Shown here piece after piece: positions 18,509 through 28,657 of a DNA stretch of 64,000 nucleotides. The first letter of the stretch is position 1; each line of letters begins with the position of its first letter. Origin of the DNA: Chrysochromulina tobinii (taxonomy: Eukaryota); contig JWZX01003090.1 in the NCBI GenBank assembly GCA_001275005.1, positions 1-64,000 of the forward strand, read 5' to 3'. The notes beneath the pieces were generated by a model, which saw only the letters and a list, made by a program, of their open reading frames with translations, did not search any database and was not told the origin of the DNA. The position numbers and the translations under genes are program-made.

Positions 18509-19792
18509 TTACGCAGCGGTGTGCCAATCATACGCGTGACCAACATCTGTACTTTCCGGTGCGTCGGCCTTCTCTTCGAGCGCCGCCAGGCATGCCTCGT
18601 ACACGTGATCGATGTTATCCGCTTGCTGCGCAGCGGTCACCTCCGTCCACAGTCCACGCAGCGCCTGAGCCATATCCGCCGTGCTGCTGCGGTCCACAGT
18701 GTGCTCCACAGTGTGCTCTCTAGCCTGGGCCGAAGAGACGCTATCTCGGGCAATATCTCGGGACGAAGCGATGCTGTCCACCAGCGCCGCGCAGCCATCG
18801 CGCAGCAGGGCGCGCTTCATCTCGGGCACACGCGCGTACGCAGCCTGCTGCCACGGCAAGGAGCCAGCCGCCAGGAACGCCAGCATGTACACGAGCGACT
18901 CGAGATCGTCGACTGGTCGAGTAGGGAAACCATCGTGTGCCGCGACGCTCGCAAACAGAGGCGAACCCACACGTGCGTCGATCGAGCCGCGAGCCGCCTT
19001 TGGCGAAGAGGGCGCGCCAGCTGCCGCGGCCGCATTGGCAGTCGTCGCCAAGCCAAAATCGATCAAATGCATCTCATCTGCCGCTGCTGACGACGCCGCT
19101 CCGAGGAGGACGTTGGGCGGCTTGAGGTCGTTGTGCACGTACCCGGCGCGATGGAGTGCGCGCAGGCAGCGCAGCGTGCCACGGCCAATGTGCCGAACCG
19201 TCGGTGAGGAGAAGTGCGTGCGTCGTGAGGCCCGTTCCCAAAGGGTCTGCACGGAGTCACCGAGTAACTCCATGACGAGAAGCTCGCTGGCACGCTCTTC
19301 ACTCGGAGGTCGATGTGCCAGCAGGCGAGGGAAACCCGCGCTGCCAGCGACGGCGCGAAGGCAAGCGGCCTCTGTGGCGAGCTGAGACGTCCGCCGCAGA
19401 GCCACCTTGATCGCCACTGAACTGCCATCATCTGCCTTGCCAAGCAACACATCTCCGAAGCGGCCTTCGCCAAGGCGCCCGTCCACGCGCACTTTCATTC
19501 CATTGTCGAGGATGATAGGCGGCGCGCCCGATGCGAGCAGCTCCTCGGCGCCTGCGAGCCGACCTCCGGGGTCACTTGCCATCCACCGTGTGCCTCCCAT
19601 GCGAGGAGCCCATCGTCCCAAGCTGCCACGTGCATTTCGGAAGGCAATGTAAGGATCGTCGTCTTCGAGGTCTGGATCATCGAGGTCGTCTGAGCTCATG
19701 GACGGCCAGCTGCGCACCGGCCTGACGAAATGTGCATGCACAAGAAATGGGGGCGCGACAGTCAGCCTCGGCGGCATTGTCTGCGCGAACAT
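18509..19792 (-). CDS. Casein kinase 1-like Ser/Thr kinase
   Basis: LGEGRFGDV, VAIK, LVMELLG.S, HNDLKPPN, LIDFGLA, VGSPLFAS (no APE), DDLESLVYML. Confidence 0.85.
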   Translation of the reverse strand: MFAQTMPPRLTVAPPFLVHAHFVRPVRSWPSMSSDDLDDPDLEDDDPYIAFRNARGSLGRWAPRMGGTRWMASDPGGRLAGAEELLASGAPPIILDNGMKVRVDGRLGEGRFGDVLLGKADDGSSVAIKVALRRTSQLATEAACLRAVAGSAGFPRLLAHRPPSEERASELLVMELLGDSVQTLWERASRRTHFSSPTVRHIGRGTLRCLRALHRAGYVHNDLKPPNVLLGAASSAAADEMHLIDFGLATTANAAAAAGAPSSPKAARGSIDARVGSPLFASVAAHDGFPTRPVDDLESLVYMLAFLAAGSLPWQQAAYARVPEMKRALLRDGCAALVDSIASSRDIARDSVSSAQAREHTVEHTVDRSSTADMAQALRGLWTEVTAAQQADNIDHVYEACLAALEEKADAPESTDVGHAYDWHTAA

Positions 19793-19945
19793 CTTCTGTC
19801 TGTGAACGACTTAACCAGCGCCTGTGAACGACGAACACGACCCCGACCCCATAGTTCAAAGAGGAAGGTTGGTGCGTTTGGGTGTGGAGTGGACATTCGA
19901 GGCTGCTACAGTAAAACCTCGACTTCTCCACGCCCGGCGTCAATT

Positions 19946-21445
19946 TCACGGTACCTCGTCCTGCTGCACCCACAGCGTGACGTTGATGAGGTCGAGCTCC
20001 TCGAGCGTCTCCTCCGTAGGTAGTAGCCCGCCCTCGAGGGGTGGCTCGCCCACGGGCAGCGCGAGCGACCACGCGGGCAGCGCCGCGAGTGCCTCGAGCG
20101 CCGCAAGCCACGCAAAGAGGGCCGCCGCCGTATCGGTGCGCCGGAAGCGCCGGACCACAGCCTGCCCATTTGGCAGGCGCACTTTGAGCGTCGTAAGCAG
20201 CGCGCCCTCGGCCGCCGCTGGCTCGGGCTGCAGGGCCTCAGCCGCGCGCTGTAGAGCCGCGCGGCGGGCCTCCGTCAGCTCACGCTGCCGTTGCTCCTCT
20301 CGCCTGGCCGCCTCGGCCGCCGCCTCAGCCGCCTCCGCTTCCACTTTGGCCTTCGCCTTCGCCTCCGCCTTGGCCCGTGCCTCTTGTGCCCGCTTCGCCT
20401 CCTCCGCCGCCTCTGCCTCCTGATCCGCCCGCAACGACGCCTCGTATGCGGCCTCCTGCTCCGCCAGCAGCATGCGCTCTCGCTGCTGCTGCTGCCAACG
20501 CGCGAGCTCGCCTGAGCGCTCGTGCGCGGACGTGTGCAAGTCAAATGTGGCAAGGCTGATGAGGCGGCCACACACCTCGCACTCTATGCCCTCGTCGTGG
20601 CCGCCGCCGCCGCCGCCGAGTACGTTGCCGCCGCCGCTGAAGCCGCTACTGCTGCCGCCGCCGAAGCCGCCGCCGCCGCCGCCGCTGCTGCCACCGCCGC
20701 CGTTGCTGCCGACGCGCTGCCCGCCGCCGCCAAAGGCAGTGAAGCCGCTGCCGCCGCCGGCGGGCGGCTCATCGGTGGGATGCGAGTACTCCGCGCAGTG
20801 CTGGTGCTCGTGTTGGTACGGGCAGGCCGCACCCTTGTCGCACTTCTTCTTCCGGCCTCCCTTGCCGCCGCCGCCCTTGCCACCCCTTGCGCCACCGCCG
20901 TGAGGAGCTGATGGCGCTCCTCCGCCGCCGCCACCTCCGCCACCTCCGCCACGTCCTCGTCCGCCGCCGCCTCCGCGTCCTCTCGCACCAGCGCCGCGTG
21001 CGCTGCTGCCGCCCAGCTCCTCGTCGTCGAGGTCGATGGCGTTGTCGAACAACCCGTCGTGCGCACCATTCGGCTTTGGGCGCTTTGCAGGCTGGTCAAG
21101 CTCCGCGTCCGTGTTCGGGTTCGCACATGCACCGCGCTCGCCCGCCCATTGGAAGAAATCGCAATCCTGGCACTTGAAGAAGCGTCGGCCCTGATTGCCG
21201 CCCTCCTTCTTCACGGCGAGAGAGGTGCCCCGTTTCGGCTCGGCGCAGTTGCACAGCGGCGCCTCACCGGGACGGCCTGCGCACGCGCAGCTCTCTGAGC
21301 AGCCCTGCCCGTTCTTGTGGCAAGAGCATCGCATGGATGCGCAGCATCGGCCCGAGGCCAGATCGGGCTTGCAGCTGCAGCCCTCGCGTGGCGGGCGCGC
21401 CGTCACCGTGCGCGTGCCTCCGCCCTGAACACGGGTCGCCGACAT
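19946..21445 (-). CDS. UBX-domain protein with CXC-like, GRF, PBZ and UBZ-like zinc fingers
   Basis: CSC...CASMRCSC.K.GQGCSESCAC; PLCNC...VKKEGGNQGRRFFKC.DCDFFQW; CDKGAACPYQHEHQHCAEYSH; CEVCG...FDLHTSAH; coiled coil; C-terminal LKVRLPNG...RRF...TLEELDL. Confidence 0.8.
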   Translation of the reverse strand: MSATRVQGGGTRTVTARPPREGCSCKPDLASGRCCASMRCSCHKNGQGCSESCACAGRPGEAPLCNCAEPKRGTSLAVKKEGGNQGRRFFKCQDCDFFQWAGERGACANPNTDAELDQPAKRPKPNGAHDGLFDNAIDLDDEELGGSSARGAGARGRGGGGGRGRGGGGGGGGGGGAPSAPHGGGARGGKGGGGKGGRKKKCDKGAACPYQHEHQHCAEYSHPTDEPPAGGGSGFTAFGGGGQRVGSNGGGGSSGGGGGGFGGGSSSGFSGGGNVLGGGGGGHDEGIECEVCGRLISLATFDLHTSAHERSGELARWQQQQRERMLLAEQEAAYEASLRADQEAEAAEEAKRAQEARAKAEAKAKAKVEAEAAEAAAEAARREEQRQRELTEARRAALQRAAEALQPEPAAAEGALLTTLKVRLPNGQAVVRRFRRTDTAAALFAWLAALEALAALPAWSLALPVGEPPLEGGLLPTEETLEELDLINVTLWVQQDEVP

Positions 21446-21793
21446 GTTGTCGAGTGGAACAAAAACGCGCGCCTTTCCGTCAAGCACAGGCACGACCTTT
21501 TCAACTGTGAGTTGGTGCCTTCTCGGGAGCACGCTCCGGCTCGCAGCCGTTTCACACAGAGCTGCCCGGTTCTCCCGCCGCTGTCTTGGGTGGTTAGCGA
21601 TCGTGGTATTCATACAGTACGGTACAGTACCAAAAGGCGTCGGAGAAAGGGATTCTCCGTTCCCCCTCCTCCCTCCCCACCCCGTGCTCTCACACGAAGG
21701 TGTCCGCGCCCGACAAAGGGTGAGCGTCGGCACCTTCCGCAGAATCTGCGAAGCTTCAGGAATCCAATTTCCACAGACCAGCCCTGTCTGAGA

Positions 21794-22225
21794 ATGATGT
21801 CGACTGTCATACTGCTTTTTTTCTCTTCTTTGCTGGGCTGCGAGGCGCTTTTAATGCCGTCCAGAACGGCCTTGCGGCACGGTGCGCTTCAGATGAATGT
21901 CAAGGATCGGGTTGCGCCAGTGGGACTGGACCTCGACTACCAGGACTTCCGCTACGGTGTTGGCAGCCGTGGTGACCGACGCCAGCTGGGTGGGTTGGGC
22001 GAGACCGCTTTCACTGGTTCAGCCGCTATGGGAGGCCACCCTATCAAACCCGTTGCCTCCCGGCCGATGGAGCCAACCCGAGATGCTAGTCCCAGCGCTC
22101 GTGCGGCTCCGGGCTCCAAGCCGTGCTTTGCCGAGCCCTACGATCCGGACGTCATCCGCCAGCGTCGCGTTGATACGAGCGGATACTATGGTCGTTCAGC
22201 AGTCGGTCCGCTCGATCGTCCCTGA
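21794..22225 (+). CDS. Small hypothetical protein with signal peptide and transit-like leader (putatively plastid-targeted)
   Basis: MMSTVILLFFSSLLGCEA followed by LLMPSRTALRHGALQM. Confidence 0.5.
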   Translation: MMSTVILLFFSSLLGCEALLMPSRTALRHGALQMNVKDRVAPVGLDLDYQDFRYGVGSRGDRRQLGGLGETAFTGSAAMGGHPIKPVASRPMEPTRDASPSARAAPGSKPCFAEPYDPDVIRQRRVDTSGYYGRSAVGPLDRP

Positions 22226-22660
22226 GTCATGACCGCGTGTCTGTATCGTGGCCGCCCCTCTTGCAAGTCCTTTTATGATGTCGATGAAGCACGACAGCGA
22301 CTTTCAGCTGCGCGTGGGCGTTCCGTCGAGCGTGGCCCACTCTGAGTGTGGAGTGAGTGGTCATATGTTTATCGAGGAGACAATAACCTGATATCCAATT
22401 ATACACGCCCGCGCGATGAAAAGGACGAAAACGCGCGCCGGCCTTCGAGCCGGCTAGCCCGGGGAGTCTCAGGGGGCAACCGTTAGGCGACCGCGTCCGC
22501 GTGGACCCGGCCGGCGTGCCGCGCGGCGGCGACCGCCCGGCCGACCTCCGACCTCGTGCGACCCGAGGCGGGCCCGCCGAGAGCGAGGAGCGCGCGCGCG
22601 CGCGCGCACACACACCGCCGGCCGATAAACGCAAGCACCTAGACCACCTGCAGCTCTCAC

Positions 22661-24154
22661 TTACGGTTCAGCGAGCCATGCGAGCACCTGCTTGTTGATC
22701 GCCTGCTTGGCGGCGACGACGCTCGGCTGATCGCTCGGCTGGGCCGGGTGGGTCCAGGCGTGATGCGAGGCACCCTCGACCATCAGAGTGGGCAGCAAGG
22801 GCGAGGGCGACTTGAGGATCGAGAGGCCTGACCAAGGATCGACGTTGCCATTGACGTATAGGATTCGCGTCGCGTTGCGCGCGAGGTCGGGCCGGTCGGC
22901 GCCGTAAAAGGCATTGGTCGCGTCGATGGACTTTTTGATCATCGCCGGCGTAATCTGCCAGGCCTGGCACGTTGCTGTGAACTCGGGGAGGAGGACGAGG
23001 CCCTGCGTGAACATGCAGGCGGTCCCCACCTCACACGTCTGGTAGAAGCCAAACTCAGTGCACGTCTGGTAGCCCCAGTAATCGAGCTCCCGGTGCAGCT
23101 TGGAGACAGTGGCGGCATCAGAGGACAGTTGCTCGACCATCGACAGCGCTCGCGTCTGCACGGGCACGGGCGCCCCAGGGCCGCCGGCCAGCGTCGAGAG
23201 GCGTTCGAGCGGCGTCTTGGACGATGGCCCATCACGCACCGTCGCGCAGATCTTGTCGATGTTGCAGTTGGACGAGGTGCAAGTCGGGTCGTTACCCTGA
23301 GCTGGGAAGTCGATGATCCCATTGCCCGCAAAGGCGCGCTGGCCGCTCGTCGTGTTGAGCGAAGCCGGGCTGCTCACCTGCCGCGGAAAGAGGTGCGCAA
23401 GCTGCGCGTTGCCCGTGGCGGTGCCCATCAGCTCGCCGATCATCGCATGGCCGGTCTTGATGTCGGTGTAACACTCGTCCGAACCGCCAACAGAGGGGAG
23501 TGAGTACGCCTTCGAGCCCACGTCCCAGTATTCGTTCATGTCGAGCTTGGCAACGACCGGCGCGGAGGAGGAGACGGAGGCGTGCACCAGCTCCGGGTAG
23601 AGCACGCGGAACCAGCCCGCCAACATGCCAGGATAGGACCCGCCAAACGACACCCATTTGTTGGCGGAAGTGAGCGAGAACTCTCTGGTGGCAAACGAGT
23701 GGAAGGTGGCGAGGTCGGCGAGCGCCTGACGCGACGAGAGGAACCTGAGAGGCTCGGAATCATGCGACGAGTACGGGCACGCCGAGGTGTTATGGCACCC
23801 GTAGTAACGATGTTCGACTGCGAGCATGAGCGCATTGACGCGTGGCATGAGCTCGACCGCATCGTTGCAGTGCACTGACGAGACGACCGCACTGCCGTCG
23901 AGTGCGGGACCCTCGCCGCCAACGCACACGAAGACCGGGCCACTGCCGTCGAAGAAGGTGTCATTGACAAAGTACGCTTGCTGCCACGTTTTCGTGTTGC
24001 CAGGGTCCAAGTGATCTTGCAGGGTGGTGAAGTAGCGCGCGGCCGGGAAGGCCGAACGCGGAGGCAGGCGTAGCTCGTGCTGCGGCGTGCCCGTCATGGT
24101 GTGAAGCGTGCCATTCATAGTGGCGGCCACCGTCGTGGCCATCGTCGTGAGCAT
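22661..24154 (-). CDS. Serine carboxypeptidase family S28 (PRSS16/PRCP-like)
   Basis: QDHLD, VGGEG, EHRYYG, LSSRQALADLA, FGGSYPGML, YQTCTEFG, NG.VDPW. Confidence 0.92.
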   Translation of the reverse strand: MLTTMATTVAATMNGTLHTMTGTPQHELRLPPRSAFPAARYFTTLQDHLDPGNTKTWQQAYFVNDTFFDGSGPVFVCVGGEGPALDGSAVVSSVHCNDAVELMPRVNALMLAVEHRYYGCHNTSACPYSSHDSEPLRFLSSRQALADLATFHSFATREFSLTSANKWVSFGGSYPGMLAGWFRVLYPELVHASVSSSAPVVAKLDMNEYWDVGSKAYSLPSVGGSDECYTDIKTGHAMIGELMGTATGNAQLAHLFPRQVSSPASLNTTSGQRAFAGNGIIDFPAQGNDPTCTSSNCNIDKICATVRDGPSSKTPLERLSTLAGGPGAPVPVQTRALSMVEQLSSDAATVSKLHRELDYWGYQTCTEFGFYQTCEVGTACMFTQGLVLLPEFTATCQAWQITPAMIKKSIDATNAFYGADRPDLARNATRILYVNGNVDPWSGLSILKSPSPLLPTLMVEGASHHAWTHPAQPSDQPSVVAAKQAINKQVLAWLAEP

Positions 24155-24427
24155 GGTCAATTAGCTGGATGTTATAATCAGTAAGAAGCGTAGCAAGACT
24201 TGTCCCCTACGCCGTGCCCGGAGTGGCCGTCGTGCCCATTCTGAGGAAATCTTGAAAACTTCGGAGAACCCGTTACAGTACTTAAATGCAGCCCATCATG
24301 TGTTCGTCCTCGGTGGGCGTCCGTGAAGTCTGGCGCTTGGCGACTGCGGCACGTCGATTAAGACTGCAATTACGAAGGGTCCCCATGTTGGGACCGAGCG
24401 CTCGGCCCCGCGCGCGCGCGTGGCAAG

Positions 24428-25012
24428 ATGACCACGCTTTCGCCACATGTCAAATTGGTGGGCTTCGGATACCTGGAGCCGCTGGCGCGCCCCATAGTCG
24501 ACAAGATTGGAAATAGCCCGACATCTTCGAAGCCGCGGGGCGTTCCGCCACTGACACAAAAGGCTGCCCTTATCACGGAGCGCCTTGCTGCCAAATCACA
24601 TTGGATCGGAGTGAGGAGCCCGAGATCCGAAATTAGCTTTCCTTCCGTCACCTCGCTGTCCACGTCGCCACACAGCGTAATCTTCCCCACCCCGTTTGAC
24701 AGTGGTCCCGTTGACGTGCTCACCACCCAGTACTCACGTTTTGGGACGTGGGAGAGCCCGTCGCCACCAATGTCCCCGGTGCCATCTCGCCATCGCGACC
24801 CCCCATCAATTGGCAGGCGCATGCTGGAAACGCCGCGTGATCGCCGAGCCTTCGAGACCACACCCGCATGGCATGAGCTAGCGCCTCCAAGGGCTCAGGT
24901 GGAAGCTGAGGCGGAGCGCCGGCAGCATGAGCTCGAGGAACGGGCGAGACTCGAGTCATATAAGATGCCGTGGCGCTTTCGCCAGCCAATGAGCCTGGCA
25001 AAGGTCGCTTAA
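24428..25012 (+). CDS. Hypothetical Ser/Pro-rich protein
   Basis: 194-aa ATG-initiated ORF filling the gap between genes, with a short coiled-coil C-terminus. No recognised domain. Confidence 0.45.
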   Translation: MTTLSPHVKLVGFGYLEPLARPIVDKIGNSPTSSKPRGVPPLTQKAALITERLAAKSHWIGVRSPRSEISFPSVTSLSTSPHSVIFPTPFDSGPVDVLTTQYSRFGTWESPSPPMSPVPSRHRDPPSIGRRMLETPRDRRAFETTPAWHELAPPRAQVEAEAERRQHELEERARLESYKMPWRFRQPMSLAKVA

Positions 25013-25341
25013 AGCAACCAGCGTGGCGCGTTCCTCCATGAATTCGGAAAAGTCATCCGAGTGCATCCGATTAACATCCGATATCACTGTTCGTGTTCCC
25101 AGATCTCTCTGGTTAGGTTAGAGCTGTCGCCCTCATACCAGAGTCTTTCGAGCATTCTCCGCGGACCATCCCGGACTTACGGGACTCAAGTTCAGAAAAG
25201 CACGTAAAAACTGCATGCACGCCAACGGTTTCGTTCAATTAATTTTTCGACGTCGTGATCGCCAGGAGGGGCCGTGCCCTTGACTCGCCGGTGGTATTCG
25301 TCTCCACATTGTGGTTCCAGACACAATTTGTACAACTGTGG

Positions 25342-26541
25342 ATGCCGCGCCTGCAGCTGCTAGTTACCCTCCTGCCCGCGCTCGCACTCTCGGGAATGAG
25401 GCGGGCGGATAGAGCCGCACTAGTTTCGTTCTACAATCTACTCGGCGGGCCCCACTGGCTCAACAGCGACGGTTGGCACGTCGACGACCCCACCTCAGAT
25501 CCATGCGATCCACAAACACGGTGGCGCGGCGTCGGGTGTATAGATCCATGCGATAGCTGGATCGATGGTCCCGACTGCGCATTCGGCCGAGTCACCGCGT
25601 TGAACCTGCGCTCGAACAACTTGACCGGTTCCATCACGAACTGGACGGGAATTGGCGACCTGCATAACCTGACGTGGCTCGATCTTTCGTTTAATTCCAT
25701 CTCCGGCTCTTTGCCGGCAGAGATCGGCGAGATACAGAACATCGCCGCCATCAGTCTTAAGAACAACCACCTCGAGGGACAGATCCCCGATGCCATTGGC
25801 AACATCAATTCGAACGGGAATGAAAAGCTCTCAGAGCTGAACATGGAACGCAACTCACTTCAGGGCACGCTGCCATCCAGTCTCGGCCGCCACGACGGGC
25901 TGCTCGTGCTGCAGCTCGGTTTCAATCGCATCTCCGGTACGATCCCAGCGCAGCTCACAAACCTCACCGTGGTCCAAGTACTCCATCTCCAAACCAACCG
26001 CCTCGAAGGCACGATCCCTGAGGACTTGGGGCAGATGATCGCCATGCGGTACCTCAACTTGACGACGAACAACATTTCGGGCACGCTGCCGCCGTCCATC
26101 GGTAACATGCAGGACCTCGCCGACCTCTCGCTGTCCGAAAATAGGCTCACGGGCTCGGTGCCGCTCGAGATCGGCTCGCTCTCGACCTTGCGCCATTTAC
26201 GCATGCACAACAACGCGCTCAATGGCAACTTGACGGCCCTGTCGACGCTTGGCGGGCTCCGCAGCCTCCTCACATTCGATCTGTACGCGAATCACATGCA
26301 CGGTGACGTACCACCGTCAATTCAGGATTTGGTCTCGCTGCAGTATCTGTACCTTGACAACCAGCACTACGGACCGCTGCGCCAGTACTACTGTGGTCAG
26401 AGGATTCCGAATAATGGCAAGTACAACTACAGGATCGTTCGCGACGAGTACCTGACGATGACATCCACCCCTTGCGACAACATGTACGACACCAACTTCG
26501 CGTTCAGCTCGCTGCAGGAGTCGGGGGTGTACGCCCTGTAA
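25342..26541 (+). CDS. Secreted plant-type leucine-rich repeat protein
   Basis: Signal peptide, LRRNT cap (DRAAL...W...W.GVGC), about 10 LxxLxLxxNxLxGxIP repeats. No transmembrane or kinase domain. Confidence 0.9.
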   Translation: MPRLQLLVTLLPALALSGMRRADRAALVSFYNLLGGPHWLNSDGWHVDDPTSDPCDPQTRWRGVGCIDPCDSWIDGPDCAFGRVTALNLRSNNLTGSITNWTGIGDLHNLTWLDLSFNSISGSLPAEIGEIQNIAAISLKNNHLEGQIPDAIGNINSNGNEKLSELNMERNSLQGTLPSSLGRHDGLLVLQLGFNRISGTIPAQLTNLTVVQVLHLQTNRLEGTIPEDLGQMIAMRYLNLTTNNISGTLPPSIGNMQDLADLSLSENRLTGSVPLEIGSLSTLRHLRMHNNALNGNLTALSTLGGLRSLLTFDLYANHMHGDVPPSIQDLVSLQYLYLDNQHYGPLRQYYCGQRIPNNGKYNYRIVRDEYLTMTSTPCDNMYDTNFAFSSLQESGVYAL

Positions 26542-27006
26542 CGCTGTAAGTGCGAGGCATTCTCAGCGCACGCAGTTTCGGTGCTGGTAATTCTGGTCTC
26601 TCACACTCACTCTCCGAGACACCGGGTGGGAGTCTCGACTCTGTCTCGACCGCTCGTCGCAATTGGTCTCACACGTGGTCGCTGGTCGGTCTGTTTGATC
26701 GGAGAACAATCGTCTCCACCGGTGTCCGGACCGCGCGGCAAAAACGGCGATCCGCACCACCACCAGCCATGCACCACCCATCGCTCACACGCGTTCGAGG
26801 ATGCCGTGCGATAGCCGTGTGTAACGCCACGCGACTGAGGACTGTCTCGCAGAGCTGTGACCGGACCGAGGCATAAAATCAAAACGTTAGAAAACGAAGC
26901 GTAAAAGCGGCGTGATGACCGCCGCCGTGACAAAAGCGAAAGCGAAGCGTACAGTGTGCGCCTTCTCGCGTAATCCTAGCATACTCCGTATTAACGGTAC
27001 TCGGCT

Positions 27007-28176
27007 TCAAGCGTGATTGCTGCTTGACGCACTGACGTTAGACTGTCTCCTATACACGCAGATGATCCTGCGCTCACCACTCGACTCCTCGACGATGTCG
27101 TAGGCAAGCGGCTGTCTCCCCGCCCATGCCGCGATCTTGTCGCGTGTGATGCGATTCTGCTTGTGGTGGCACCCGTCGTTGCACTTCTCCCAGCGGTAGG
27201 GCACGCTGAGCACCACCAAATCTCCAATGGCAAGCAGCTTGCGCACAAATTCGCGAGGCGTGGCGATGTGCTCAATCACCTCGCTGCAAAGAACTAGGTC
27301 AAAGACTGGTGGAACCGTCTTGGGCGCGGCTGCGTGGGCGAGCGTGAACGGCGCTTGCGCGACCTCCCAGCCCGGTGGCTGCCACTCGAGAAAGTCTGCT
27401 TGAACCGCGGTGACATTAAACTTGGTTCGGATGCGCTCTATGCTGAAGAGATCCCCGCCGCCCTTGGCAACATTGCCTGCGAAGCGAGGGCCAAGGATGG
27501 TGCGCTGTTGGATCCAGGTCAGCGCGTTGACAAAGGGTGGCAGCGCCGAGCCCACGTCCAAGACGGAGGCCGCCCGCGGCGCGTAGCGCATCAGGATACA
27601 AAACTGGTGACGGTAGATGAGGTAGCTGCGACGCTCGCGCCAGTACTCTGAGGAGGGTAGCCTGCTGCCGAGGATCGCGGCAGAGCCGTTCACGCAGCTG
27701 TCAAGCCATCGCTTTGCGCTTTTGTGCAGCGCCAAGCCCGACGACTCGGCGGTGCCGGTGGTGCCAGTGACAGCACCAGCGGCTGCAGCCAGCAGTGTGC
27801 CAATGGATGCGACCTTTGCGGTGGCATGCGTCACTTGAGGTGACATGGAAGGCACATTCGTCTTGGGTGCTTGCCGCGTATGAAATACGCTGCCTATTGC
27901 TTGTGGAGATTCGGGTAACTTTGACCGCAACTCGATTGCCCTAGGGTGAGCTCGCGGTCGCCCCTCCACGATGCCGGCCAGTGGCCCTTGCGCGTCAGTA
28001 AAGGTGGACAAAGCGCTCGGGGGGGATGTAGACAGAGAAGGTGGTGGCCAGTCGTGCTGAAGCATCGGCAGAGGTGCGAGCTTCCATACATAAGAAGAGT
28101 GATGGATTGTGGTGGATATGATGAGGAGAGCTATTGCGAATGTGCAGGCGAGCAGCGGCACAAAACGGGACTGCAT
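27007..28176 (-). CDS. Type II membrane class I SAM-dependent methyltransferase
   Basis: N-terminal hydrophobic anchor, then SVLDVGSA, VQADFLEW, FDLVLCSEVIEH, LVVLSVP. Confidence 0.75.
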   Translation of the reverse strand: MQSRFVPLLACTFAIALLIISTTIHHSSYVWKLAPLPMLQHDWPPPSLSTSPPSALSTFTDAQGPLAGIVEGRPRAHPRAIELRSKLPESPQAIGSVFHTRQAPKTNVPSMSPQVTHATAKVASIGTLLAAAAGAVTGTTGTAESSGLALHKSAKRWLDSCVNGSAAILGSRLPSSEYWRERRSYLIYRHQFCILMRYAPRAASVLDVGSALPPFVNALTWIQQRTILGPRFAGNVAKGGGDLFSIERIRTKFNVTAVQADFLEWQPPGWEVAQAPFTLAHAAAPKTVPPVFDLVLCSEVIEHIATPREFVRKLLAIGDLVVLSVPYRWEKCNDGCHHKQNRITRDKIAAWAGRQPLAYDIVEESSGERRIICVYRRQSNVSASSSNHA

Positions 28177-28600
28177 CGCGCATCGAGAATGATGAACCTT
28201 GTGAATACCGAGGTGTGACTGTGAAGCCAGCCTTCCCGCGTGACGGCGAAGCGAAGAATGAGAGAGCGCGTACTAATAAGGGCATCCAGGCGGATGCAGG
28301 GGGCAGGGGGACCCCCGGGGGCGAAGCTAAGAACTGTTTGTTCTCGCGCAACAGCGCCACCGGTACTTCTCTGGGCCGTTAGGCTGTCCGGAGACTCGGA
28401 GCCATACCGTATTTTGACCTTCGCGACAAATCTGGTCTGCGCATCTCGGTCTGCGCCGGTCGAGCCCTCTTGCTCATCCATGCGCGCCGGTCTCCGACAT
28501 GAGCCGCCCGCCGTGGGAGTACGGATGCCCGCGGTCCCTCCGGCTCCGCATCACTCGGTGGGCATTGGCTAAGCTGCTCCTGAGAGGCTCGCGGCGATGA

Positions 28601-28657
28601 CGTCAACGGTCCCCAGGTTCGTCAACGGTCCCCAGGTTCGTCAACGGTCCCCAGGTT
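28601..28657. repeat. Perfect 19-bp tandem triplication (CGTCAACGGTCCCCAGGTT)x3
   Basis: Copies start at 28601, 28620 and 28639 and overlap the PPP4R1 stop codon. Confidence 0.95.

Noticed and set aside
25054..25081. CATCCGA x3 in intergenic DNA
   Set aside because: Too short to assign a function.
28601..28657. Tandem repeats as a CRISPR-like array
   Set aside because: No spacers, eukaryotic context, and no cas genes.
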